The position numbers and the translations under genes were made by a program. This document shows positions 1-7,987 of a stretch of 40,761 bases of DNA, piece by piece. This stretch comes from Vulcanimicrobiaceae bacterium (GTDB lineage Bacteria; Vulcanimicrobiota; Vulcanimicrobiia; Vulcanimicrobiales; Vulcanimicrobiaceae): positions 97,166-137,926 of the forward strand of contig JBHEMM010000001.1 of the NCBI GenBank assembly GCA_046262595.1. The letters run 5' to 3'. Within the stretch, counting starts at the first letter, position 1; the number at the start of each line of letters is the position of its first letter. The notes beneath the pieces are model-generated. The model worked only from the letters and a program-made list of their open reading frames with translations, did no database searches and was not told the origin of the DNA.

Positions 1-656
1 TCGCTATACTTCCCGGTCAGGATCCCCATCGCAAGCGGCGACCAGACAACGTTGCCGATGCCGTACTGCTCGCATGTCGGTAACACGCGCTTCTCGATGC
101 GCCGCCACAAGGCGCTGTACTGCGGCTGATTGCTCACGGGAACCGCCCAGCTATTCGAGCGGCAGAGCGTGACCGCGCCCGCAATTTGGTCTGCGTTCCA
201 TTCGGAGACCCCCCAGTACAGCACTTTGCCAGCGCGCACCAGGTCGTTCATCATGCCGCACGTTTCCTCGAGCGGCGTTGACGTATCGTAGCGGTGACAC
301 TGATAGAGATCGATATATTCGGTCTGCAAGCGCCGCAGCGAGTGATGCAGTTGATCGCGGATGTGCTTGCGCGAGAGGCCGTGCTCGTTCGGCGTGTCAC
401 CCATCGGAAAGTACACTTTTGTCGCCAGCACCAAGGCGTCGCGGTTCAACTCTTTGAGCGTGGGCCCGAGCACTTCTTCGGCTGCCCCGCGAGCGTAGAC
501 GTTCGCGGTGTCAATGAATGTGATGCCGTTCTGCCAAGCGCGCAGCACGCATTCCCGCGCGGTCTGCGCGCCGACGTTGCCGCCGTACGTGAGCCACGAG
601 CCCAGGCCGACGGCGGAAAGCTGTAAACCGGAATGCCCTAAACGGCGGTACTTCAC
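1..656 (-). CDS. Aldo/keto reductase (Kv-beta/AKR-like), 3'-truncated by window edge
   Basis: Manual translation from GTG at 656: MKYRRLGHSGLQLSAVGLGSWLTYGG...GITFIDTANVYARG, typical AKR N-terminus; GGAGG upstream. Absent from the ORF track because it runs off the window. Confidence 0.9.
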   Translation of the reverse strand, partial: MKYRRLGHSGLQLSAVGLGSWLTYGGNVGAQTARECVLRAWQNGITFIDTANVYARGAAEEVLGPTLKELNRDALVLATKVYFPMGDTPNEHGLSRKHIRDQLHHSLRRLQTEYIDLYQCHRYDTSTPLEETCGMMNDLVRAGKVLYWGVSEWNADQIAGAVTLCRSNSWAVPVSNQPQYSALWRRIEKRVLPTCEQYGIGNVVWSPLAMGILTGKYS

Positions 657-674
657 TCCAGGATCCTCCAAACG

Positions 675-1496
675 TTACGGAACAAAGACGCGCAGCGCAC
701 CGGGCAAAACCTGGAACAAGGCGGGCGTCATGCCGGCCGGCTCGCCGTCTGCGCTGATGTGGTGCGCGTGAGCGGTCTGCACGAGAAACTGCTGCGCGCG
801 CCGCGTACGCAAACCCTTTGCAGATGTGGCATCGCGGCTCAAGATCTTATAGACAAGCGGCAGCGCCTGCGCCCAATTCGTCACCTCGACGCTGTACAAG
901 TCCAGCCAGCCGTCGTCGATGGCGGCGTCGGGGCGGTCGATGACGCCGCCGAAGCGGCCGCTGTTCGCTATCGTCAGTTGAACGCTGCGGAATTGTTCGC
1001 AGTTTCCATCGAACCGCAGGGTGACGCCGAACGGACGCGTTTCGCGGATCGTGTGCACGGCGGCCGCCGCGACGGCAAGCAGGCCGAAGCGCTGCTTCGC
1101 CGCAGGCGTCTGCTTGCGTGCGATGCGCGTGGAAACGCCGATACTTGCCTCATTGACGAAATGCACGCCGTTCACGCGGCCGACGTCGATCGTCCGCGTG
1201 CTGCCATGCGCAATCGCCTCGCACGCTTTACCCGTGTCTGTTCCGATGCCGAGCGTGCGCGCCAGATCGTTGAACGTTCCAAGAGGAACGACACCGAGCG
1301 GCACGCCGCGTTCGAGCGCGAGCGGCACGCTATAAATGACGGTTCCGTCGCCGCCTGCCGCAATGACCGCTTCGACGTCGCGCGCACCGCGCGCGACGTC
1401 GCATTCGATGCCCGACTCGGCAAGTCGCTTGCATACGGCGGCGCCTTCGCGCGCGCCGCGACGGGACCGCTGATTAAGAACGAGGAGAGCGCGCAT
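675..1496 (-). CDS. YegS/Rv2252/BmrU-family (diacylglycerol kinase-like) lipid kinase
   Basis: Motifs GGDGT, PLGTFNDLAR, FVNEASIG, DDGWLD, ADGE. Start placed at MRALLVLN (1496) rather than 1562. Confidence 0.88.
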   Translation of the reverse strand: MRALLVLNQRSRRGAREGAAVCKRLAESGIECDVARGARDVEAVIAAGGDGTVIYSVPLALERGVPLGVVPLGTFNDLARTLGIGTDTGKACEAIAHGSTRTIDVGRVNGVHFVNEASIGVSTRIARKQTPAAKQRFGLLAVAAAAVHTIRETRPFGVTLRFDGNCEQFRSVQLTIANSGRFGGVIDRPDAAIDDGWLDLYSVEVTNWAQALPLVYKILSRDATSAKGLRTRRAQQFLVQTAHAHHISADGEPAGMTPALFQVLPGALRVFVP

Positions 1497-1519
1497 TAAC
1501 AGTGGACGGCACAGGGTAA
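1493..1519 (+). promoter_or_regulatory. Putative SigB/SigF-type promoter (GCATT-N16-GGGTAA)
   Basis: Motif ends 10 nt before ATG 1530; no SD; matches four other sites in the window. Confidence 0.5.
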
Positions 1520-1529
1520 GAGCCTTACC

Positions 1530-1847
1530 ATGTTCGGCAATATTGAAAACATGATCCAGCAAGCGGCGGGCGGCAGCATCGACCCCGAAAAGTTAGAACA
1601 GGCGGCAAGCGAGCACGTGAACGCCATGGATTCCGGTGACGTTGCAAACGAGGTGCAGACGGCCGCGCAAAGTGCAAGCGCGAGCGGCGACCAGGGCATC
1701 GCCGGCGAATTGAGCGGCCTGCTCACGGAGCATGGAAACAGCGGCGGTGTCAAAGACGCGGCTATCGCTTATATTAAGAACAACCCGCAAGTGCTCACGC
1801 ACTTTGCGCCGCCCTTTGCGCAGGGCATTTTGAACAAAATCGTCTAA
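1530..1847 (+). CDS. Hypothetical small acidic helical protein (105 aa)
   Basis: Clean ORF filling the gap between flanking genes, protein-like composition. Confidence 0.75.
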   Translation: MFGNIENMIQQAAGGSIDPEKLEQAASEHVNAMDSGDVANEVQTAAQSASASGDQGIAGELSGLLTEHGNSGGVKDAAIAYIKNNPQVLTHFAPPFAQGILNKIV

Positions 1848-1872
1848 CGCGGCTTTACCGCAAGCCGTTCAC

Positions 1873-2326
1873 TCACAGCGCGCGGATCATCGTGCGCTCG
1901 TTATCGACCCGTGCATCTTCAACAAACCCGTGACGCCGGTACAGCGCGATCGCGTGTCCATTCGCCGGTGTAACCGCCAGCATCACGCGTGCCGCCGTTT
2001 GTTCGCGCGCCCAAGCGATCACCGCGGACACGAGCGCATCGCCCAGCCCGCAACCGCGAGCGAACGGTGCGACCCACAGGGAAATCAGCTCGACCGTCCG
2101 ATCGTCAGAGGGCGCCGTTGCGCTTACGATGCCGGCCCGGACGGATTCCAGCTCGGCGATCACGTTGAACGGCACGTCGATGAGACGTCCCCGCCACCGC
2201 AGATGCGGCATCACCGTTGCCCTGCCAATCGACGAGTTTGGAGCCATACGCATACGGCGCTTCGCGCAACGCTTCAAGACGCAAAGCGCGCCACGCCGGC
2301 CAATCGTCCGCCGTCAGAACTCGCAG
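1873..2326 (-). pseudogene. GNAT-family N-acetyltransferase, frameshifted near 2206
   Basis: N-part LRVLTADDWPAWRALRLEALREAPYAYGSKLVDWQGNGDA is in one frame; HLRWRGRL...VELISLWVAPFARGCGLGDALV...NGHAIALYRRHGF is in another. No ATG/GTG for the N-part (CTG at 2326). Confidence 0.7.
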
Positions 2327-2328
2327 CT

Positions 2329-2775
2329 TTAGCGTGGGAGTTGCGCCGTGAGTTTATCGAGGCAAGCGCCCCAGCCGCGCTCGTGGGAAGCGCGCGATTC
2401 TTCGCGCAAGAACAGCTCGTGGCGCAGCGTAAGCTCGGTGCCGTTGCCGTCGGATGCGAACTCGAGCGTGAGCAGCGTGTGCTGTTCGTCTTTCGCATCG
2501 TCCTCGCTCCATATCCACGTGAGCGCGAGGCGGTTGGGCGGCGAAACCTCACGATACGTTCCGTGCAGCGTCCACAAGTCGTCGCCGGCGACACGTAAGA
2601 CGATCTTATACTCGCCGCCTTCGCCGACGTCGGCTTCTGATTCCTCGAGTTTGACGTCCTCCGGCCGCATGAGTTCAGCAAAGCTCTTGATGTTTGCAAA
2701 GGCGTCGTAGACGCGCGCCGGCGGCGCATCGAAGCGGCGGCGGATGAGCACCGCGGGAAGCGTAGCTTGATTCAC
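2329..2775 (-). CDS. SRPBCC/AHSA1-like domain protein
   Basis: IRRRFDAPPARVYDAF...GTYREVSPPNRLALTW...GTELTLRH...HERGWGACLDKL; coupled to ArsR gene. Confidence 0.9.
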   Translation of the reverse strand: MNQATLPAVLIRRRFDAPPARVYDAFANIKSFAELMRPEDVKLEESEADVGEGGEYKIVLRVAGDDLWTLHGTYREVSPPNRLALTWIWSEDDAKDEQHTLLTLEFASDGNGTELTLRHELFLREESRASHERGWGACLDKLTAQLPR

Positions 2776-3107
2776 GATTTTCTCTTTTCATTTGATTGCT
2801 TAGCGAGAAGCCGTTCGAGGCGGTCGAGCGCGCCGTTCCAGTAACGGCTCTGCCGGTCGATCCACGTCGAAACTTCCTGCATCGCCTGGGGAGAGATTGT
2901 GCAGTAATGCACGCGCCCCTCGACCGTCCGCTGCAGCACGCCCGCCAACTCGAGCACGCGAACGTGCTTCGAGATGGCGGGCTGCGAGATCGGAAATTGC
3001 GAGGCGATCTGGCCGATCGTCAGCGGCCTGCGGGCCAGGCGCTCCACGATGCGGCGGCGCGTGGGATCCGCAAGGGCAGAGAAGACGGAGTCGATATTGC
3101 TAACCAT
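2772..3107 (-). CDS. ArsR/SmtB-family transcriptional regulator
   Basis: FSALADPTRRRIVERL...ISQPAISKHVRVLELAGVL; classic ArsR-SRPBCC pair. Confidence 0.92.
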   Translation of the reverse strand: MVSNIDSVFSALADPTRRRIVERLARRPLTIGQIASQFPISQPAISKHVRVLELAGVLQRTVEGRVHYCTISPQAMQEVSTWIDRQSRYWNGALDRLERLLAKQSNEKRKS

Positions 3108-3147
3108 CAGGTTATATAACCTTATCGTTATATGGTTCGCTTGTCAA
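3101..3147 (-). promoter_or_regulatory. Sigma70-type promoter overlapped by tandem operator palindromes
   Basis: TTGACA (3147-3142)-17 bp-TAAGGT (3124-3119). TAAC-N6-GTTA at 3101-3114 and 3117-3130, forming AGGTTATATAACCT at 3109-3122. Confidence 0.7.
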
Positions 3148-3236
3148 GCGCTGGGCGGCAGGCTGGCGATGAAGCGGCCCGGGCGAAATGGAGAGGGGCG
3201 TCCATCACGCCGCGCGAACCACCATGAGCTATTGAA

Positions 3237-4847
3237 GTGCAACACTACGAAAGTGCGTCGTCGGCAAGTACCGTTACAGTGACAGTGCGGCGCGCAGGAG
3301 ACTTTCTTGCGCGGCGCGGTGCAATGATTGCATCGTTCGTGATTCCACTTTCAATTTACGCTGCAACCGTAACGAGCGCGCCGGCTTCGTGGGACACCGC
3401 CGAGATGCAAGGCGTGCCTTACATTCTGGGAATCCCGCACCCAACCGGATTCCCTCTTTTCGTCTTCCTCGGCTACCTCTGGACGCACCTGTTGCCGTTT
3501 GGCACGGTCGCGCTGCGCATGAATCTGTTCTCGGCCGCCGCAGTGAGCGCTTCGTGCCTCGCGCTTTACTTGGCAGCGCAAGAACTAAAGGTTCCAAAAA
3601 CATGCGCGCTGTTTGCGGCGTTGTGGTTCTGCTTTGCGCGTCCCGTTTGGGTACATGCAGCTCGAGCAGAGGTGCATGACGTAGCGCTTGCGCTCTCAAC
3701 GTTCGCCCTCGTGTTTCTCTTGCGCTGGCTTGGACGCGCGAATGCGCGTGATATGCGGGTGGCATGCCTGCTTCTCGGCTTAGCTCTGGCAACCCATCCG
3801 TTAGCGATCTGGCTTGCGCCGGCGTTCGCCATTGCTGTGCTGCTGCACTGGCCGGTCCTCAAGGAAACGTTCACCCTGGCGCTCTACGCGTTGGCGCCGC
3901 TAACCTTCTACATCTATTTACCTTTGCGATCGGCGCTGGTAAACGTACAACACCTCGATCCGGCGCGCCGTCTCGCCGGTGTGGACGGCGGTCTTTTTTG
4001 GAATTACAATAATCCGTCGTCGTGGCACGGCCTGATTGAGGAAGTGTCGGGTAGTCAGTTTTCCGCCGGGCACGCAGCGTTCTCGGCGTGGAATGCGGCA
4101 ACCGTTCAGCCCGATGTCTGGAACCTGTTGACGAGCCTCAATGAAGCCTTCGGCGCGTTTGCAATCGTCTTCGCCTTCGCCGGTCTTGCGCGGCTGTGGA
4201 CGCTAGACTGGCGCAAAACACTGATCGTGCTGGTCGCCGGATTGGCAATCGTTCCGTTTTCGTATTCGTATGGAGTCGAAGGCGACGCGGATCGTTATCG
4301 CATGATCTGCTTTTGGGCTTTCTGCCTTTTTATGAGCGGTGCGGCGGCACACGCTGCGTGGGACGTTAGGTGGAAATATAACGTTCGCGTTGTCGTCACG
4401 GCCTCACTGCTGCTGCTTTGGGGCGGTGAAACGATGTGGAACAACCGCGCGACGTTCAATAACCGCTACGATTCCGCAGGCAATGGATTACTCGGCCTCG
4501 CAGCACAGCACATACCGAAGAGAACGATCGTCGTCACGGATTGGGTGGATGCAACAACACTTGCGTATGGCGCTTTCGTCGATCACTCCTTCGCCGGCAG
4601 AATCGTCGTGGCCGGCTGGTTCGGTGAATATACACACGATTACACTTCTTGGTTACGCGTGCGCCCGGTCTATCTTCTCGGCGCGACCGCTCTGAGCACG
4701 ATACCCGGCGTGCGTATTATCGATCTCGGAGAGATCGGAGGCGGCCACCATCTCTGGCAGCTCAAACGAGGTTCCACGAGCAAACGCGCTTCGCTGCTAC
4801 AGACGCCAGCCGTCCGCACCTCCCGTAAAGGTTCCCGCGCTCGCTAA
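3237..4847 (+). CDS. DUF2723/TMEM260-like multi-pass membrane glycosyltransferase (GT-C), paralog 1; start uncertain
   Basis: WDTAEMQ..GIPHPTGFP, ARAEVH, LATHP, YLPLRSA motifs; many TM helices. Confidence 0.8.
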   Translation: MQHYESASSASTVTVTVRRAGDFLARRGAMIASFVIPLSIYAATVTSAPASWDTAEMQGVPYILGIPHPTGFPLFVFLGYLWTHLLPFGTVALRMNLFSAAAVSASCLALYLAAQELKVPKTCALFAALWFCFARPVWVHAARAEVHDVALALSTFALVFLLRWLGRANARDMRVACLLLGLALATHPLAIWLAPAFAIAVLLHWPVLKETFTLALYALAPLTFYIYLPLRSALVNVQHLDPARRLAGVDGGLFWNYNNPSSWHGLIEEVSGSQFSAGHAAFSAWNAATVQPDVWNLLTSLNEAFGAFAIVFAFAGLARLWTLDWRKTLIVLVAGLAIVPFSYSYGVEGDADRYRMICFWAFCLFMSGAAAHAAWDVRWKYNVRVVVTASLLLLWGGETMWNNRATFNNRYDSAGNGLLGLAAQHIPKRTIVVTDWVDATTLAYGAFVDHSFAGRIVVAGWFGEYTHDYTSWLRVRPVYLLGATALSTIPGVRIIDLGEIGGGHHLWQLKRGSTSKRASLLQTPAVRTSRKGSRAR

Positions 4848-4863
4848 GCGGTACCATCAAAGC

Positions 4864-5331
4864 GTGCATGTCGCCGGTTCGATAACCGCGTTCGTCGCGC
4901 AATGGTTCATCGTTATCCCGGCTTTGCTCGTCGTTGCCAGTGTAGCGCTGCGCAAGCGTTGGAAACTCGACGGGTTGGAAGCCGCGTCCGCAGCCGCGCT
5001 AACGGTAGCATTGGTCAAATTGGCGGCTGCCGTACGTGCGGAACCGCGGCCGTTTATTGTCGAACACGCTCATCCGCTGGTTGCGCATGCGCCGGACAAC
5101 GCGTTTCCCTCCGACCATTTGGCAGCATGCGGCTTAGCGTTCGTGTATCTCTGGACGCGAGACAAACGAATGGCTGCCGTCGCACTGCTGGCGGCCGCAT
5201 TGATTGCCGCGGCGCGCGTGCTTGCAAAACTACACTGGCCCGTTGACGTAGCCGTCGGCTTCGCACTTGGATCGCTTGGAGCAACCGCTGCCCGCATCGT
5301 GTCAAAGGCGCAGGAGTTGCGCGCAGACTAA
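4864..5331 (+). CDS. PAP2-family phosphatase (BcrC-like polyprenyl-PP phosphatase)
   Basis: K..RP, FPSDH, ARV...LHWP.DV motifs. Confidence 0.85.
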   Translation: MHVAGSITAFVAQWFIVIPALLVVASVALRKRWKLDGLEAASAAALTVALVKLAAAVRAEPRPFIVEHAHPLVAHAPDNAFPSDHLAACGLAFVYLWTRDKRMAAVALLAAALIAAARVLAKLHWPVDVAVGFALGSLGATAARIVSKAQELRAD

Positions 5332-5670
5332 TGCGCCGATCGCCGCCAAGAATGCGACACCCACATACGCAAATACCGGCGAGAAGACCTGCGGACGGCC
5401 CGTTCGCAACCCGCGGTCCGTCGCGCCATATCTCCATCCGCCCACCACGCCGATGACGACGCCGGCGATCACCATCGCCACTCCGAGGGCGCTCGATATT
5501 CCCGCGTGCGGTACGGTAATTCGCGCGACGATGGAAATCTCACGGGAGAACAGCGCGAAACGCGCCACCACGAAACCGAAGGCGACAAAGGCCAAGGCCG
5601 TCCGAACATAGGCCAAATAGGTGCGCTCGTTCGCAAGCGCGTCCGACGCACGCACGTTCACATCGTCCAT
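5302..5670 (-). CDS. YidH/DUF202 membrane protein
   Basis: LANERTYLAYVRTALAFVAFGF signature; ATG at 5670. Confidence 0.88.
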   Translation of the reverse strand: MDDVNVRASDALANERTYLAYVRTALAFVAFGFVVARFALFSREISIVARITVPHAGISSALGVAMVIAGVVIGVVGGWRYGATDRGLRTGRPQVFSPVFAYVGVAFLAAIGALVCAQLLRL

Positions 5671-5764
5671 TCTGGGTGCTTCGTCGGTGCGCGCACGCTT
5701 CCGGTACCGCCGGCTCCCGGTTTCCACGCACCCTACGCGCGCGGCTAGGCGGCAGTCCTTGCGC

Positions 5765-6031
5765 CTAGAGGATCTCTTCCGGCGGCATCTCGCGGCGTGC
5801 GACGGCCTGGGCGATCGTTTGCGTCTCCTCGAGCGCCACGTGCAGCGATTGCGCGACTTCAAAATCCTTCTCGCGCTTCAGCAGACAAATCAACCCGTGC
5901 GGCGCGTGCGCCGCCGCCACGACTTCCCAGCCGCCCGAGCTCGAGAGCGCGCCGAGTTGCGCGCACAGCCGTTCGTCCGGCTCGCCGGACACGATCTTGT
6001 ATTCGAACGCGACGTTCGCCACGTCAGGCAC
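5765..6031 (-). CDS. Small hypothetical protein, DUF4177-like
   Basis: FEYKIV...L..L...GWEVV...LLKR pattern. GTG 6031 overlaps the upstream stop; alternative ATG at 6070. Confidence 0.6.
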   Translation of the reverse strand: MPDVANVAFEYKIVSGEPDERLCAQLGALSSSGGWEVVAAAHAPHGLICLLKREKDFEVAQSLHVALEETQTIAQAVARREMPPEEIL

Positions 6032-6545
6032 CGCCCTGCGGCGTCCGGGCAGCGATGGTTTGGGAAACATCTATCCCGTGCACGAGCATCGCGCACGCGC
6101 AGCCGATCTCGGTTCGCGCAGTGCCTCTGGCGCACGGGTGCGGATCGGCAGATGCGTCGGCGCGCCGCGACAGTCTCAGAGTCGCGGTCACCATGCATCC
6201 GCGCGGCTTTACCGGGCGCACGGAGAGCCGGTGCGTGAGCGCGCGCACGATCAACAGCCCTCGCCCCGACTCCGAGGAGAAATTCGGACGCGGCAGCCGC
6301 GCCTCGGGAAAGCACTCTCCGGCGTCGTGCACGACGACGGCCGGCCGCGTGCCGTCGCGCCACAGGACATCGGCGCACATCGGGCCGGGCGAATGGCGGA
6401 ACGCGTTCCCGATCAGCTCGCCTACGACGATCTCCGCTTCGGGCAGCGACTCCCGTTCGTGCACCCGTTCCTCGAGGTAGCGAACCATTTCACGCCGGAT
6501 CGTCGTTGCTAAATTGTCGTCTTTCGTTTCGGCGGTCCAGCACAC
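6024..6545 (-). CDS. Orphan RsbW-like anti-sigma factor / HATPase_c_2 ATP-binding protein
   Basis: EIVVGELIGNAFRH (N box), VHDAGECF (G1), ESGRGLLIV (G2); Cys-rich C-terminal tail. Confidence 0.82.
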   Translation of the reverse strand: MCWTAETKDDNLATTIRREMVRYLEERVHERESLPEAEIVVGELIGNAFRHSPGPMCADVLWRDGTRPAVVVHDAGECFPEARLPRPNFSSESGRGLLIVRALTHRLSVRPVKPRGCMVTATLRLSRRADASADPHPCARGTARTEIGCACAMLVHGIDVSQTIAARTPQGGA

Positions 6546-6554
6546 AGGGTTATC

Positions 6555-6581
6555 GTACCCGGGCGGCCCGCATGCGAAAGC
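6555..6581 (-). promoter_or_regulatory. Putative SigB/SigF-type promoter (GCTTT-N16-GGGTAC)
   Basis: 9 nt upstream of GTG 6545; no SD. Confidence 0.5.
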
Positions 6582-6658
6582 GCGATGCGTCCGATTTATT
6601 GCGTGTTTCGCGCGCGAGCGACGTGCGTTATGATGTTATCCCCATGGGGAGGGGTAGA

Positions 6659-6850
6659 TTGCTTGTAACTCAACACAGCGCGCGGTTGGTCTTGGGCCGG
6701 CCCGCGCTCCAAACTCGGCAAGGCTCCGGAAGCGCATACCGCTGGACATGCGGTTGCCGGGCGGTCGGCCGCGACGAAACCGTGGAAGTTGTCTGGTGTG
6801 AGGAACACGCCACGCTCTTTGAGAGCGGCGATTTACTCATGGAGGCCTGA
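6659..6850 (+). CDS. Small hypothetical protein (63 aa) with CxC...CxxH motif
   Basis: TATGAT at 6629-6634; GGAGG 6 nt before in-frame TTG 6659 (alternative ATG 6644); YRWTCGCRAV...VVWCEEH. Confidence 0.55.
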   Translation: MLVTQHSARLVLGRPALQTRQGSGSAYRWTCGCRAVGRDETVEVVWCEEHATLFESGDLLMEA

Positions 6851-6982
6851 CGCAATTCGGCGTTGTGAGATATCACGGCTCCGGAAACTCCGTAAGGGTG
6901 CCGCGTTTTTGTCGTAGGCGGCGAATACCCATGCTTGATCGCGCGCGAGCGGCGACGAGCGGTATGCTTTGCCCGAGCGCAA

Positions 6983-7025
6983 GCGGCTCGGCACGACGCG
7001 CATCCTCGCGCTCGTGCCGAGCCGC
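6983..7025. terminator. Strong GC hairpin downstream of Mn catalase
   Basis: Perfect 14-bp IR GCGGCTCGGCACGA/TCGTGCCGAGCCGC plus inner CGCG/CGCG, 6 nt after the stop; no U tract. Confidence 0.55.
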
Positions 7026-7031
7026 CGAACG

Positions 7032-7967
7032 CTAACGAGCTTTCGCTCGCGGTGTTTTTGCGGAAGCCGCCTTCGCTGGTTTGTCGCCGCCGATCTGGTC
7101 TTTCGACGTACGGCTTGTCGTGTTGACGGTTGCTTTCGGAGGATCTGAACCTTCCGTACTCATCACGGACGGTTTGGGTTCAGGCAAATCCGGCTCGCTC
7201 CCGCCCGCGTGCGCGTCGCTCAAATCGAACTGCCACAGGCCTTGAGCGTTCACCATGTCGTATCCCGGACTGACCTTCTTGCCGTTTTGCGATTCGTCAA
7301 AATACTTATGGGTGAAGCGCTCGTCGGGCGGCACGTTCGAAGACGGGAAGTTGTTGGCGATCGCAGCCAACGCCGATTCAAACATCTTTTGGTGCGCAAC
7401 TTCGCGCGTCATCAGAAACGTGAGCGCGTCGCGTGCACCGGCGTCGGGGCATAACTTTATCAGCCGATCGTAGACGACTTTCGCTCGCGCTTCGGCGGCG
7501 ATGTCGGAGCGTAGATCGGCCAGCGGGTGCCCAATCGTGTCGATGTACGCCGCTGTCCAGGGCACACCCATAGAGTCCGTCAGACGCATGCCGCCGCCGC
7601 CGCTCAGCATCGGAATCGTCGAGTTCCACGCTAACTGCATATATTGTTCGCGGTCGCCGTTCATGAGATCGCCAAGATACGACCCTTCCACTTCATCGAT
7701 CATGGCGCCGGCGCTTTTCGCGCCTTTGAGCAGGCCGCTGACGACTTGGCCGACCATTTCCAAATGTGAGAGTTCTTCGGTGGCGATGTCGAGCAGCATG
7801 TCGCGCCGTGCAACGTCGCTCTCGGCCCAGCCTTGCGTAAAATAACGCATTGCGGCGGCCAGTTCGCCGTTGGGGCCGCCGAACTGTTCCAAGCACATTT
7901 TGGCGAACGCCGGATTGGGGGAATCCACGTGGACGGTGTATTGGAGCTTTTTGTTGTGGACGAACAT
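7032..7967 (-). CDS. Manganese catalase family protein
   Basis: MFVHNKKLQYTV...EQFGGPNGELAAAMRYFTQ, DIATEELSHLEMV, DLRSDIAAEARAK, REVAHQKMF; SD AGAAAGGA. The 766-aa ORF-track start is spurious. Confidence 0.93.
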   Translation of the reverse strand: MFVHNKKLQYTVHVDSPNPAFAKMCLEQFGGPNGELAAAMRYFTQGWAESDVARRDMLLDIATEELSHLEMVGQVVSGLLKGAKSAGAMIDEVEGSYLGDLMNGDREQYMQLAWNSTIPMLSGGGGMRLTDSMGVPWTAAYIDTIGHPLADLRSDIAAEARAKVVYDRLIKLCPDAGARDALTFLMTREVAHQKMFESALAAIANNFPSSNVPPDERFTHKYFDESQNGKKVSPGYDMVNAQGLWQFDLSDAHAGGSEPDLPEPKPSVMSTEGSDPPKATVNTTSRTSKDQIGGDKPAKAASAKTPRAKAR

Positions 7968-7987
7968 GATTGAATGGTCCTTTCTGT

